NCBI GenBank assembly: GCA_049570475.1
Contig: CP186953.1
Location: 992,001-1,056,000 of the forward strand
DNA: 64,000 nucleotides
Source: Candidatus Methanosuratincola verstraetei
Lineage (GTDB): Archaea > Thermoproteota > Methanomethylicia > Methanomethylicales > Methanomethylicaceae
Reading direction: 5' to 3'
Each line of letters begins with the position of its first letter. Position 1 is the first letter of the stretch. Positions 18,099 to 27,259 of this stretch are shown here, piece by piece. The translations under genes were made by a program, and so were the position numbers. The notes below the pieces were generated by a model. It did no database searches, had not been told where the DNA came from, and saw only the letters and a list, made by a program, of their open reading frames with translations.

Positions 18099-18302
18099 AT
18101 GCAGGTCTCGGCGCCATTTGGGCGCCTGCATCCAAGTGAGGTTAGTGAACCTGGCTTCGGCCGCACGGCATTTTGCATAGTGGTTCTCAAAAACTCAATC
18201 GCCCAATCTGCCAAATTCCGTTCCACGAAGCTTTTTTTATTGACTTGGCCGAGAGACGCCTGCTAGGCCTGCAGAAAATGTGTTGCCAACCAAAATGCCA
18301 AA

Positions 18303-18379
18303 TGGAGCCTTAGGGGGGATTTGAACCCCCGACCAACGGTTTACGAAACCGTCGCTCTGCCGGGCTGAGCCACTAAGGC
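18303..18379 (-). tRNA. tRNA-Thr(CGT), CCA encoded
   Basis: GCCTTAG acceptor; ACGGT-TT-CGT-AA-ACCGT anticodon arm. Confidence 0.97.
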
Positions 18380-18461
18380 GTTCCCATCGGTCTAAAGCAA
18401 TGCCAAAAAATAAATCCTTTTCCATACTTCTTGTAAGCGCAGATTCTCTGGAGGCTTCTGG

Positions 18462-19469
18462 ATGGCGCGTCCGCGTGCAGGAGACATCGGGGAGAGGGGT
18501 CTGATCGAGATGATCTGGGATCTGGTCGACCGGGAGCTCCCGGGCTCGAAATCCGGAAGCGCGCTGCCTCACCCCGACGACGCCTCTGCTGTAACCCTGC
18601 CAGACGGCCGTTACCTTGTCCTCAAGACTGACATGTTCGTTAGGAGGACCGATGCCCCTCGGGGGATGCGCCACTCCCAGATGGGGAGGAAGTCGGTCGT
18701 GATGTGCGCGAGCGACCTCGCAGCCAAGGGTGCAAAGCCGCACGCGTTCATGCATTCGATGGGGATCCCGCCGGGCTACCGTCCAGGTAGAGTTATGGAG
18801 CTTATGCGAGGGGTGCTCTCCGCCTGCAAAGATTATGGGATGTCTTTCCTCGGGGGGGACTTGGGCGAGTCCAAAGACCTCATTGTGGCGGGCGTCGCGG
18901 TAGGATTTGCCGACAGAATCGTGAGGAGATCCGGAGCCCTTCCGGGCGACCTCTTGGCAGTGACTGGGCCATTCGGCGATACCGCTTCGGCATTCGAGAT
19001 CCTCCTGAAAGGCAGGTCAGCCCCCGCGCCTCTCAGGAGAAGGCTGCTGAGGAGTGTCTACCATCCGAGGGCAAGGGTTGATCTGGGGGTCGCACTAGCC
19101 GGTACCGGGGCTGTGACCTCTTCGATGGACTCGAGCGACGGGCTTGCCTTCACCCTCCACGAGCTTGCAAGATCCAGCGGGGTCCGCCTCCTGCTCTCCA
19201 AGGTCCCAGTCTCCAGCGCTGCCGAGGAGTTTGCCTCTATCCACCAGATCCCTGCTGAGGATCTTGCGCTCTACGGCGGAGAGGAATACGAGATCGTCCT
19301 CACGATCAAGCCGGAGGCGCTTGACATGGCTCAGTTGGCTGCTGCGAGATGCGGGTCCCGCCTCCTGCTCATAGGCAGGGTTGAGGAGGGGAGAGGAGTC
19401 GCCTTGAGCGACGGATCCGTGGAGCGCCCCATCGAGGCTAAGGGATGGGAACACCTGAGGCATCCGTAG
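18462..19469 (+). CDS. thiL: Thiamine-monophosphate kinase
   Basis: GERGLI, DDA, KTD, SDLAAKGA, GGD, MDSSDGL, GGEEYE and KGWEH motifs. Confidence 0.9.
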   Translation: MARPRAGDIGERGLIEMIWDLVDRELPGSKSGSALPHPDDASAVTLPDGRYLVLKTDMFVRRTDAPRGMRHSQMGRKSVVMCASDLAAKGAKPHAFMHSMGIPPGYRPGRVMELMRGVLSACKDYGMSFLGGDLGESKDLIVAGVAVGFADRIVRRSGALPGDLLAVTGPFGDTASAFEILLKGRSAPAPLRRRLLRSVYHPRARVDLGVALAGTGAVTSSMDSSDGLAFTLHELARSSGVRLLLSKVPVSSAAEEFASIHQIPAEDLALYGGEEYEIVLTIKPEALDMAQLAAARCGSRLLLIGRVEEGRGVALSDGSVERPIEAKGWEHLRHP

Positions 19470-19484
19470 GGGCTGTCTGGCAAG

Positions 19485-21188
19485 ATGCGCGTCCTCATAA
19501 TTGACGGGTACACCGACGAGCCTGCTGGGCTGGGCGTACCGCCTTTCATAGACATCTACCCCAGGTACGTTGCCGGCGCGGTATGGGCTGCCGAACCCGG
19601 TGCCGAAGTCCTCTACGTGACGATAGATGAGGCCAGGCTGGACCCTGATAAGCTCAAAAGCTTGTCTTTCTCCTCGGATCTCTCTGTCCTCATAGCCGGG
19701 GTGACTGTTCCGGGCAAGTACCTCTCAGGGGCCCCTGCAACCCACAACGACGCGGTCCGGATCCCTGGGCTGCTCGGCTCCAAATATAAAGCGATATGCG
19801 GTCCAGCTGTGCGATTCGGCTTTGGTCGGGGCGGTTGCAGCAGGAGCGTCGCAAGGGACCTCTCCGACCTCTACGACTTTGTGATCACCGGGGATCCCGA
19901 GGTTGTCTTGCATCGCCTTGTAAAGGAGAACTTCAGCGAGCGGGTGGACCTCGACTCAGTCCGAGACAGCGCGGGCAGTTCGGACGCCTTTGCCGAGCGC
20001 GGTGCCAGGATTATCAGGCAGCACCCGTTCTTCCCGGACGGGCTGGTCTGCGAGATTGAGACCTACCGGGGCTGCCCGAGGTCTGTTCTAGGGGGGTGCT
20101 CCTTCTGCACCGAGCCGCTCCACGGCTACCCTGAGTTCAGGACCGTGAGGGGGATCGCCCGCGAGGTGGCTGCCCTCCACTCCGAGGGGGCTGTCAACTT
20201 CAGGATCGGGAGGCAGCCTGACCTTCTCGTTTATGGATCGAGGGACAAGGGTCTCGCATGCCCTGCGCCGAACCCTTCGGCATTACGCCGGCTCTTCTCC
20301 TCGATCCGGCGTGCTGCCCCATCCCTCCGGGTCCTCCACATTGACAATTGCAACCCTGCCACGATAGCAGAGCACCCCGAGCTCTCTGAGGAGGCGCTAA
20401 AGGAGGTCGTGAAGTACCACACGCCCGGTGACACAGCCGCGCTGGGCATAGAGTCTGTTGACGAGGAGGTCATCAGGAGGAACAACCTGAAGGTCGATTA
20501 CGAGGGTGCAATGAGGGCGATCTCTCTGATAAACCGTATCGGGGCGGAGAGGGGTGAGAACGGAATGCCACACCTCCTCCCCGGGCTAAATTTCGTCTAT
20601 GGCCTGCCGGGGGAAACCAAAAAAACATACGAAGAGAACTTCGAGTTCATGAAGGAAGCGCTGGACTCAGGGCTGCTCTTCAGGCGCGTAAACCTGAGGC
20701 AGGTGATGGTCATGCCCTCGACGAGGATGGAGTCAGCTGGCGACTACCTGGTCAGGAGGCACCGCCACCTCTTCCTCTCCCACAAGCTCAAGGTGAGGCA
20801 AGAGATCGACCTCCCCATGATGAAGCGCGTCGTTCCCGCATTCACCGTCCTAAGGTCAGTCCGGACAGAGCTCGTCCAGGGCGGCATGACTTGGGGGCGC
20901 CAGGTAGGGTCATACCCCGTGCTCGTAGGGATACCGCGGCAGCTCGAGGTGGGGCGATTCATAGATGTCTTGGTGCTCTCGCATGGTCCGAGGTCAGTCG
21001 GGGGGCTGCGGTCCCCGGTCCGGATAAACGAGCTCGAGCTGAGGGAGCTCGAGGGGATACCTGGGGTGGGCGCGAGGAGGGCTGCATCGATAGTGCTGAG
21101 CCGCCCCTTCAAAGATCTCGAGTCCTTCATGAAAATGTTTGGCGATGTCCCAGAGCTCGCTCGGATTGCGCAATTCATCGAGTTCTGA
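19485..21188 (+). CDS. Radical SAM Fe-S protein with C-terminal helix-hairpin-helix (COG1031-like)
   Basis: IIDGYTDEPAGLGVPP; EIETYRGC-x7-CSFC; C-terminal IPGVGARRA HhH. Confidence 0.8.
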   Translation: MRVLIIDGYTDEPAGLGVPPFIDIYPRYVAGAVWAAEPGAEVLYVTIDEARLDPDKLKSLSFSSDLSVLIAGVTVPGKYLSGAPATHNDAVRIPGLLGSKYKAICGPAVRFGFGRGGCSRSVARDLSDLYDFVITGDPEVVLHRLVKENFSERVDLDSVRDSAGSSDAFAERGARIIRQHPFFPDGLVCEIETYRGCPRSVLGGCSFCTEPLHGYPEFRTVRGIAREVAALHSEGAVNFRIGRQPDLLVYGSRDKGLACPAPNPSALRRLFSSIRRAAPSLRVLHIDNCNPATIAEHPELSEEALKEVVKYHTPGDTAALGIESVDEEVIRRNNLKVDYEGAMRAISLINRIGAERGENGMPHLLPGLNFVYGLPGETKKTYEENFEFMKEALDSGLLFRRVNLRQVMVMPSTRMESAGDYLVRRHRHLFLSHKLKVRQEIDLPMMKRVVPAFTVLRSVRTELVQGGMTWGRQVGSYPVLVGIPRQLEVGRFIDVLVLSHGPRSVGGLRSPVRINELELRELEGIPGVGARRAASIVLSRPFKDLESFMKMFGDVPELARIAQFIEF

Positions 21189-21227
21189 GACAAAACCCTT
21201 TAATCCGATGCAGTCAACTCATTACCT

Positions 21228-21683
21228 ATGGAGATCAAGAAAATACTCGCGCCTGTGGACGGGTCGCCTGCTACCAGAATGGTTATTGAGTGGGCGTGCC
21301 ACTTCGCGAAGACATTCGGATCCGAGCTGCTACTGCTCCACGTTGTCTCGATCCCGCCGGTCTCGGACGTGGGAGGGATCCAGGTCGCAGCCAAGGAGCT
21401 GGAGGAGGCAGGGCAGTCGATACTCAACAGCGCCGTTAAGGCTGCCGAGGAGAGGTCCGTGGTACCGACCGCAATACTCGATTTCTCAGTCGGGAACGCG
21501 GGGATGCGCATCGTCCAGCTGGCGAAGGAGAAGTCCGCTGACATGATCGTGATAGGCGCACGTGGGCAGAGCAGGATTCGGGCGCTGCTGATGGGGAGCG
21601 TCGCCAACAGCGTGGTGAACAACGCCCCATGCCCCGTCTTCGTCGTGAGGCCATGCGTAGATCAGGAGACATCCGGGCAATAG
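21228..21683 (+). CDS. Universal stress protein
   Basis: KILAPVDGS...ADMIVIGARG....LMGSVANSVV..APCPVFVVR. Confidence 0.92.
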   Translation: MEIKKILAPVDGSPATRMVIEWACHFAKTFGSELLLLHVVSIPPVSDVGGIQVAAKELEEAGQSILNSAVKAAEERSVVPTAILDFSVGNAGMRIVQLAKEKSADMIVIGARGQSRIRALLMGSVANSVVNNAPCPVFVVRPCVDQETSGQ

Positions 21684-21696
21684 GCGGGTTTTCTGC

Positions 21697-22464
21697 TTGG
21701 ATCTCGCGCAAGCTGCCTTGTTGGGCATAGTCCAGGGAATAACTGAGTGGCTCCCGATCTCAAGCTCCGGGCACCTCGTGCTCCTCCAGGAGATGATGGG
21801 GGTTAGGGCACCGCTCTCCTTCGATCTCGTCCTCCACCTCGGGACGCTGGTGGCAGTCTGCGCATACTTCAGGAAGGAACTGGTCGGGATTGCCCGTCCC
21901 GTCCTGGCATTGGAGACCAAGTCGGAGGGATTCAAAACCGCGGTGCTTATCGCAATAGGCACGGTGCCTGCCTTCTTGGCAGGCTTCCTGCTGAGCGACC
22001 TATTCGAGGGCCTCTTCCAGAGCCTCTTCGCTGTGGGCATAGGCTTCCTCATCACTGCGTCTTTCTTGGCGCTCACGAGGATCGGCAAAGGGAAAAGGGA
22101 AGTGGACGGATCGAGGGCCCTGCTGATAGGTGCTTTCCAGGCTGCTGCGATCGCACCGGGCGTCTCTAGGAGCGGCATGACCATTTCCTCGGCGCTCATT
22201 TCCGGTGTCGAGAAGGGTTCCGCCTTCAGGTTCTCCTTCCTCTTATCGATCCCCGTGATCCTGGGCGCATCCGTATTCGAGCTTCTAGGGAGCCCGATTG
22301 AGTCGTTCGGATTTGAATACATGGTCGGTTTCTCGGTTTCTGCCCTTGTCGGGTTCGCCTCCATTGGGGTGGTGAAGCGGACAGTCCTCTCGGATCGTTT
22401 CTACCTGTTCTCAGTCTACTGCGCAGTGCTAGGCGTCGCTCTTCTGATATATGCGCTGGCTTGA
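21697..22464 (+). CDS. uppP: BacA/UppP-family polyprenyl-diphosphate phosphatase
   Basis: QGITEWLPISSSGHL and PGVSRSGMTI motifs. Confidence 0.9.
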   Translation: MDLAQAALLGIVQGITEWLPISSSGHLVLLQEMMGVRAPLSFDLVLHLGTLVAVCAYFRKELVGIARPVLALETKSEGFKTAVLIAIGTVPAFLAGFLLSDLFEGLFQSLFAVGIGFLITASFLALTRIGKGKREVDGSRALLIGAFQAAAIAPGVSRSGMTISSALISGVEKGSAFRFSFLLSIPVILGASVFELLGSPIESFGFEYMVGFSVSALVGFASIGVVKRTVLSDRFYLFSVYCAVLGVALLIYALA

Positions 22465-22543
22465 ATCATTAAAAATTGAATTGTTGTATGTCCGAAAGAG
22501 CTCCACTGCTTTGGCGGGGCTAGGAGAGTATTTCAGTTGCTGG

Positions 22544-22855
22544 TCAGACCCTGTGCAGCTCGAGCTTCCTTCCCTCGAAGAAAGCTGAGATCATCTTCTC
22601 CTTCCCGCTCTCAACCAGCCGCCAGATCGTGTTCCTGGATACCCCCATAATCATGCCCGCCTCATCATAAGAGAGCTTCTCAAGCTCCACCAGCCGCATA
22701 GCCTCGAGCTCAGCTAGGTCGAGCTCGATCGGGGGCGCCCTCTCGCCTGGAACTGGAACCAGCGCCTCTGCCTCCGGGACCTTGGCGATGTTGACGTTCT
22801 TCGGTCTCCTCCCTACGCAACCCCTCCTGCATCGTTCGCAGAAACCCCGCGGCAT
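22544..22855 (-). CDS. DUF134 / UPF0251 HTH protein with Cys-rich N-terminus
   Basis: CERCRRGC-GRRPK; ELEAMRLVELE.LSYDEAG..MGVSRNTIWRLV.SG..K. Confidence 0.8.
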   Translation of the reverse strand: MPRGFCERCRRGCVGRRPKNVNIAKVPEAEALVPVPGERAPPIELDLAELEAMRLVELEKLSYDEAGMIMGVSRNTIWRLVESGKEKMISAFFEGRKLELHRV

Positions 22856-22900
22856 GAATATGTGATCTATCACACAACTATAAATCGCTTATGGAAAAAA

Positions 22901-23305
22901 TCATGGGTAGGAGATCTTGTGCTTCACGACCGTGCCCCTGTCAGTCAACAGGTACAGGAAGTAGTCTGCCCCCTCCGGATCTAGGCTGAACCCGACGGGG
23001 ATGTAGGACTGGGAATTGGCTGCGACTTGCCTGAATGGGGAAAATTCTTTCGAGGCGACGGTGATGCCTGACTGTATCTTTACCAGACTGGCCGACTTTA
23101 TGCTTACCTGCTGGTCAAGCGAAGAGGTCACATTGACCCCGACGAGGGTATTGGTTCTCCTGTTCAGCTCAACACCGCTGACGGTGATCCTGGTCTCCTC
23201 CACCAGTGCTGCCTGCTGACCCTTGAGGTAGATCACGGCAGCCGCCGATATGATGACCCCTGCAATCACCACCGCGATTATTGCTGCTGCGCGCCTGGAG
23301 ACCAT
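22901..23305 (-). CDS. Hypothetical membrane-anchored beta-rich protein
   Basis: Basic RR followed by an N-terminal TM helix, then a beta-strand-like extracellular domain. Confidence 0.55.
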   Translation of the reverse strand: MVSRRAAAIIAVVIAGVIISAAAVIYLKGQQAALVEETRITVSGVELNRRTNTLVGVNVTSSLDQQVSIKSASLVKIQSGITVASKEFSPFRQVAANSQSYIPVGFSLDPEGADYFLYLLTDRGTVVKHKISYP

Positions 23306-23316
23306 TCTAATGCCTC

Positions 23317-24108
23317 CTAGTGGAGGAAGGGGCCCCCTGTCAGCACCTGGATTATCGCCGGTATCAGGGCAACCGTCCCGATTACTGCGAACACTAGGGC
23401 GACCGTCACAAGCTTCTTCATCGCTTCGTTCCCCACAGCCTCCATTTCGCTGACCTTGAGGGTGTAGTGCCTAACCACGAACCCCCAGAGAACGAGCGCG
23501 ATGGAGAGCCCATAGCTGACTATCACGACTAGGAACATCGGGGCGTCGTGGAACACGAAACAGTACGGGCATGGCACTGGCGACGTCTCGGTGAATACAG
23601 TTCTGCAGCATGGCACAGTCACAGGGCTCACCGTGAAGTAGAAAGCAAGGTCGAGGATTGTGTCCAGTAGCAGAAGCGGCACCAGCAGTATGAATATCTT
23701 CGAGAGGGACGGAAGCAGCGGGCTCCCCTTGACCCGCCGGTTGAGGAGGTCCAGCACAAGCCAGATCCCGTATGCGAAGATCACAACGAGCTTGACCCCT
23801 GTGTCTATCCAGGAGTAGGGGCTCCCTGCCTGGCTGACCCCGAACTGGCACATAGCGCCTGGTATGAGCGGTATCAGGCTCTCGTTCGTCGCCCAGAAGA
23901 GCCCGCTCGCGACTATCCTGGAGACGAGTATTACCCAAACAACGGTCGAGAGGAGGTAGTAGTTCTTCTCGAGGATGTACTTCTCCTCGAGCCCAGCCCT
24001 GGAGATCCTCTTGTTGATCGTGTAGGCCTTCCCTGAGGCATAAACGACCAGCGCCAAGCCAAATATGCCCAGCACTGTCATAACCGTCGTTAGTGGAGTC
24101 CAAATCAT
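23317..24108 (-). CDS. Multi-pass membrane protein with PGAMC, PCC and CPYC motifs
   Basis: About 6 hydrophobic segments; LEKNYYLLS, IPGAMCQFGV, VTVPCCRTVF and CPYC. Confidence 0.7.
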   Translation of the reverse strand: MIWTPLTTVMTVLGIFGLALVVYASGKAYTINKRISRAGLEEKYILEKNYYLLSTVVWVILVSRIVASGLFWATNESLIPLIPGAMCQFGVSQAGSPYSWIDTGVKLVVIFAYGIWLVLDLLNRRVKGSPLLPSLSKIFILLVPLLLLDTILDLAFYFTVSPVTVPCCRTVFTETSPVPCPYCFVFHDAPMFLVVIVSYGLSIALVLWGFVVRHYTLKVSEMEAVGNEAMKKLVTVALVFAVIGTVALIPAIIQVLTGGPFLH

Positions 24109-24248
24109 ATCTTACTTCGCCTTCCACTTTTATGATGTTGAGCGTCGTATAAAGGTGTAGTGCTGGGTCTCTTGGAATTGAACCCTGAAAACAAAGTAGG
24201 GAGTGGAAGGTTTATTTGTGGTCAAAAGAATCTATATTTGACCGGAAA

Positions 24249-24731
24249 ATGAGACAGGTCTCACAACCCCTCAGGGCAATGTTCGTGGTGCTGACTGTGT
24301 CGACCGTAGGCGTGGTTGCCCTGCTGGCGGTTTTCCTGAGCGCCCACCCTTACTTCAGCCCATTCCAGCCCGTCGTGCTTCCTAGGGGATGGATCGATCA
24401 GCAGACCTACGTCTCGGAGAACTTCACTATTGTCAAGGGGCAGACCGTCAAGGATATCTTCGGCTATGCTGGAGCGGGCGGCCAGTCTATAATGGTTCTC
24501 GGAGTCCAACCCCTCGCGATAAGGCAGGTAGGCAACATCGACGTCAAGTTCAATGGGATATCCCTCGGCGAGACTTACATAAACCAGACGCTAGTAGTTA
24601 ACACTTCGATAGCCTCCTGCTGCTTCGTGACGCTCATACAGGCGGGCGTGGACAATGTCGTCGAGATAACGTCCAAGGGGTTCGAGGGGGACTTCAGGTA
24701 CCTGATAATAATACCGACGGGGGGGCGTTGA
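24249..24731 (+). CDS. Hypothetical membrane-anchored protein with an SCC motif
   Basis: N-terminal TM helix and a beta-rich domain containing IASCCF; first gene of a tightly coupled 4-gene operon. Confidence 0.6.
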   Translation: MRQVSQPLRAMFVVLTVSTVGVVALLAVFLSAHPYFSPFQPVVLPRGWIDQQTYVSENFTIVKGQTVKDIFGYAGAGGQSIMVLGVQPLAIRQVGNIDVKFNGISLGETYINQTLVVNTSIASCCFVTLIQAGVDNVVEITSKGFEGDFRYLIIIPTGGR

Positions 24732-25055
24732 GTGAGGAGGGTGCTTTTGCTACCTGTTCTTGCAATCGTCTTGACCGCTGCACTCGTCTCTGTTTCGATC
24801 TACAGCGAGAGCCAGTGGTCGATGCGGGAGTACGATAGGGCGCTCCGGGAGGTGGTGTCTCTCCCGAGCATTGCGATTGGTACGAATTACGAAGGGACGA
24901 GGAACCCGCTGATCGAGGTCTTCGTGAGGTCCATGTATGACGTGCCTGGCGGCTACGACTACATTGTCTCTTCTAGTTTCATAGACACGCCGACGCGGCT
25001 CAGAGATTTCAGGGAGACGATCCCGGGGTTCAATTTCACTGCTGTTAAGGGATGA
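24732..25055 (+). CDS. Small exported/anchored hypothetical protein
   Basis: Signal/TM helix, then LPSIAIGTNYEGTRNP...DVPGG; abuts both neighbours. Confidence 0.6.
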   Translation: MRRVLLLPVLAIVLTAALVSVSIYSESQWSMREYDRALREVVSLPSIAIGTNYEGTRNPLIEVFVRSMYDVPGGYDYIVSSSFIDTPTRLRDFRETIPGFNFTAVKG

Positions 25056-26251
25056 GATGCATGATTAGGAAACACAAGAACCTGCTGAACTATTCTTTTG
25101 ATTGCCTAAGGAGGTACCGGATGAGGACCGCAGTGATCCTGATCACTTTCCTTGTCGCAACGACTATGATCTCTGCTGTCCTATTCACGAAGGACGGGCT
25201 CGAGAGGGAGGCCGAACTGAGCGTACAGTCCGCCCCTGACTTGACACTCCAGTATCTCAAGGGCGGTAGGGTGGAGCCGATAAACGCCTCCTACATCAGC
25301 TTGATCTCTGAGATACCCGGGGTCGAGAAAGTCCTCAAGCGGACATGGGGGTACGCCGGGATAGGGAAGTATACCTTCGTAGTCGTCGGGCTAGACCCCG
25401 ATGGGCTGGACTACTCGAGGGGCGTGATAACGAGCCTCGAAGATGGTCGTTTCCTGACGCCTGAGGACGAGGGCACCGGTAACATAGTGATCGGGAAGCT
25501 CCTCGCTTACATGCTGAATGTCAAGGTCGGCGACGACATAATACTCCTGAGCGAATCTGTGGAGACCAATAAGTTCCACGTAGTTGGGCTCTTCTCGGAT
25601 GCGTCCTCGATCTACACCGCCGACATGATCCTGATGTCCCTGGGGGACGCGAACAAGTTCTTCAGCATGCCGGAAGGGCAGGTCACGGACCTCTGCGTCT
25701 ACGTCAGCCCGTCCGAGGACCCTGCAACCGTGGCATCCAGGATGAACTCGATACCTAACCTCCGCGTGCTCGACCAGGATCTCCTGCTGAGGGGGTACAA
25801 GGCAGCCTACGGCGCCAGGGGCGGGATCTTCACAACTCTGTGGACGATACTCCTCGTGGCCATTGCCCTGATTGCCTTCAGCCAGGCCATCGTCGTGGGG
25901 CACGAGTCCCAGTTCGAGGTAGGCCTCCTGAAGACATTCGGTTTCTCGACCCTGGACATCATCGAGGTGAGGCTAGCCGAGAGCTTGGTCATCGGCTTCT
26001 TCGCGACCTCGCTCGGGATGCTTCTGGGCTTCTCCTACGCCGCGTTCCTGAATGCGCCTGGTCTCGTTGACATCCTGCTGGGCTGGGCTTACCTCCCCAG
26101 GGAGTTCAGGCTGCCCGTCTACGTGAGCCTCCAGTCGGTCTTCTCGATATACGCAGTGACCGTGATCCCGCTGCTGATAACTACGGTGGTCCCCGCTTGG
26201 CTGAACGCTATCACCGACCCCGAGCTGGCGATGAGGAGGGCTGCCGCATGA
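25052..26251 (+). CDS. ABC transporter permease, MacB/FtsX (LolC/E-like) family
   Basis: TM1, a large extracytoplasmic domain (GRFL, VKVGDDI) and three C-terminal TMs with EVGLLKTFGFS. Confidence 0.85.
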   Translation: MRCMIRKHKNLLNYSFDCLRRYRMRTAVILITFLVATTMISAVLFTKDGLEREAELSVQSAPDLTLQYLKGGRVEPINASYISLISEIPGVEKVLKRTWGYAGIGKYTFVVVGLDPDGLDYSRGVITSLEDGRFLTPEDEGTGNIVIGKLLAYMLNVKVGDDIILLSESVETNKFHVVGLFSDASSIYTADMILMSLGDANKFFSMPEGQVTDLCVYVSPSEDPATVASRMNSIPNLRVLDQDLLLRGYKAAYGARGGIFTTLWTILLVAIALIAFSQAIVVGHESQFEVGLLKTFGFSTLDIIEVRLAESLVIGFFATSLGMLLGFSYAAFLNAPGLVDILLGWAYLPREFRLPVYVSLQSVFSIYAVTVIPLLITTVVPAWLNAITDPELAMRRAAA

Positions 26252-26910
26252 TAGAGGTAAGGAACCTTACCAAGATATTCAACAGGGGTAAGTTCAATGA
26301 GACCGCCGCAGTCTTGGATGTCAGCCTAAAGGTGAAGGACAGGTCCATCGTGGCCCTCACAGGCCCGAGCGGCTGCGGAAAGACAACACTCCTAAGCATG
26401 ATCGGTCTGATACTCACGCCGACCTCAGGTGAGATCCTTTACGACGGGGAGAATGTCCTCCTGGCCTCCGACTTCTGGCGGACGATGTTCAGGAGGCAAA
26501 GCTTCGGCTTCATATTCCAGCACATTAACCTGCTGCCGCAGTACACGACCCTGGAGAACATCCTCCTCCCGCTCTACTCTTCTGACGTCGACCCGTGGGA
26601 GTACGAGGGGAAGGCAAGGGAGTGGCTTTCGAGGCTCGGCATAGCGGACAGGGCGGAGCACCTCGTCGAGCAGCTGTCCGGCGGGGAGCAACAGAGGGCA
26701 GCTTTCGTCAGGGCGCTCATCAAGGAGCCGAAATACATCTTCGCAGACGAGCCTACGGTCTTCGTCGACGAGGAGACTTCGCGCATCATCTACAACGTCT
26801 TCTCCTCCCTGAGGGACAGCGGGAAGACCGTCCTGCTGTCGACCCATGACCCGGAGCTAATGAAGATAGCGGATGAGACCTACCGCTTCTGCAAGGGAAG
26901 GTTGGTTTGA
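26248..26910 (+). CDS. ABC transporter ATP-binding protein (LolD/MacB type)
   Basis: GPSGCGKT, LSGGEQQR, IFADEPT and STHD; ATGA overlap with the permease. Confidence 0.92.
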   Translation: MIEVRNLTKIFNRGKFNETAAVLDVSLKVKDRSIVALTGPSGCGKTTLLSMIGLILTPTSGEILYDGENVLLASDFWRTMFRRQSFGFIFQHINLLPQYTTLENILLPLYSSDVDPWEYEGKAREWLSRLGIADRAEHLVEQLSGGEQQRAAFVRALIKEPKYIFADEPTVFVDEETSRIIYNVFSSLRDSGKTVLLSTHDPELMKIADETYRFCKGRLV

Positions 26911-27112
26911 CAGACAAGTGGGTGCCTGATCACTGGAGCCTAAGTCGGGCGGGATCAGTAAACGATTCCTGATCCTGCCTCCATCCAGCCCCCAGCTGGC
27001 AAGAAAGGCATTTTGCAGCCACCCTTGCAAATTCATTTGACTAGGCTATCTGGGAAAGGGAAACAGAATCAGTGCTATCGCAGTGCAAGCCCTTTTGAAA
27101 ATGTATGGGTTA

Positions 27113-27189
27113 TGGCGGGCCTGAAGGGATTTGAACCCTTGGCCAATGGGTTAAGAGCCCATCGCTCTACCGTACTGAGCTACAGGCCC
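27113..27189 (-). tRNA. tRNA-Lys(CTT), CCA encoded
   Basis: GGGCCTG acceptor; ATGGG-CT-CTT-AA-CCCAT anticodon arm. Confidence 0.97.
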
Positions 27190-27259
27190 GTCCGACTTTT
27201 CCATTTAGGAGGTGCAATTTAAAAGTATCGCTTCTTTTATCTTCAGTGAGTGGTTCTGC

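Noticed and set aside
15541-18379. Two near-identical tRNA-Thr sequences in direct orientation 2.7 kb apart, suggestive of attL/attR of an integrated element
   Set aside because: Both are full-length genes with different anticodons (TGT, CGT) and compensatory stem changes. The enclosed genes are housekeeping and there is no integrase.
26934-26944. TGGAGCCTAAG similar to the reverse complement of the tRNA-Thr 3' end
   Set aside because: The match is too short and imperfect to call an attachment site.
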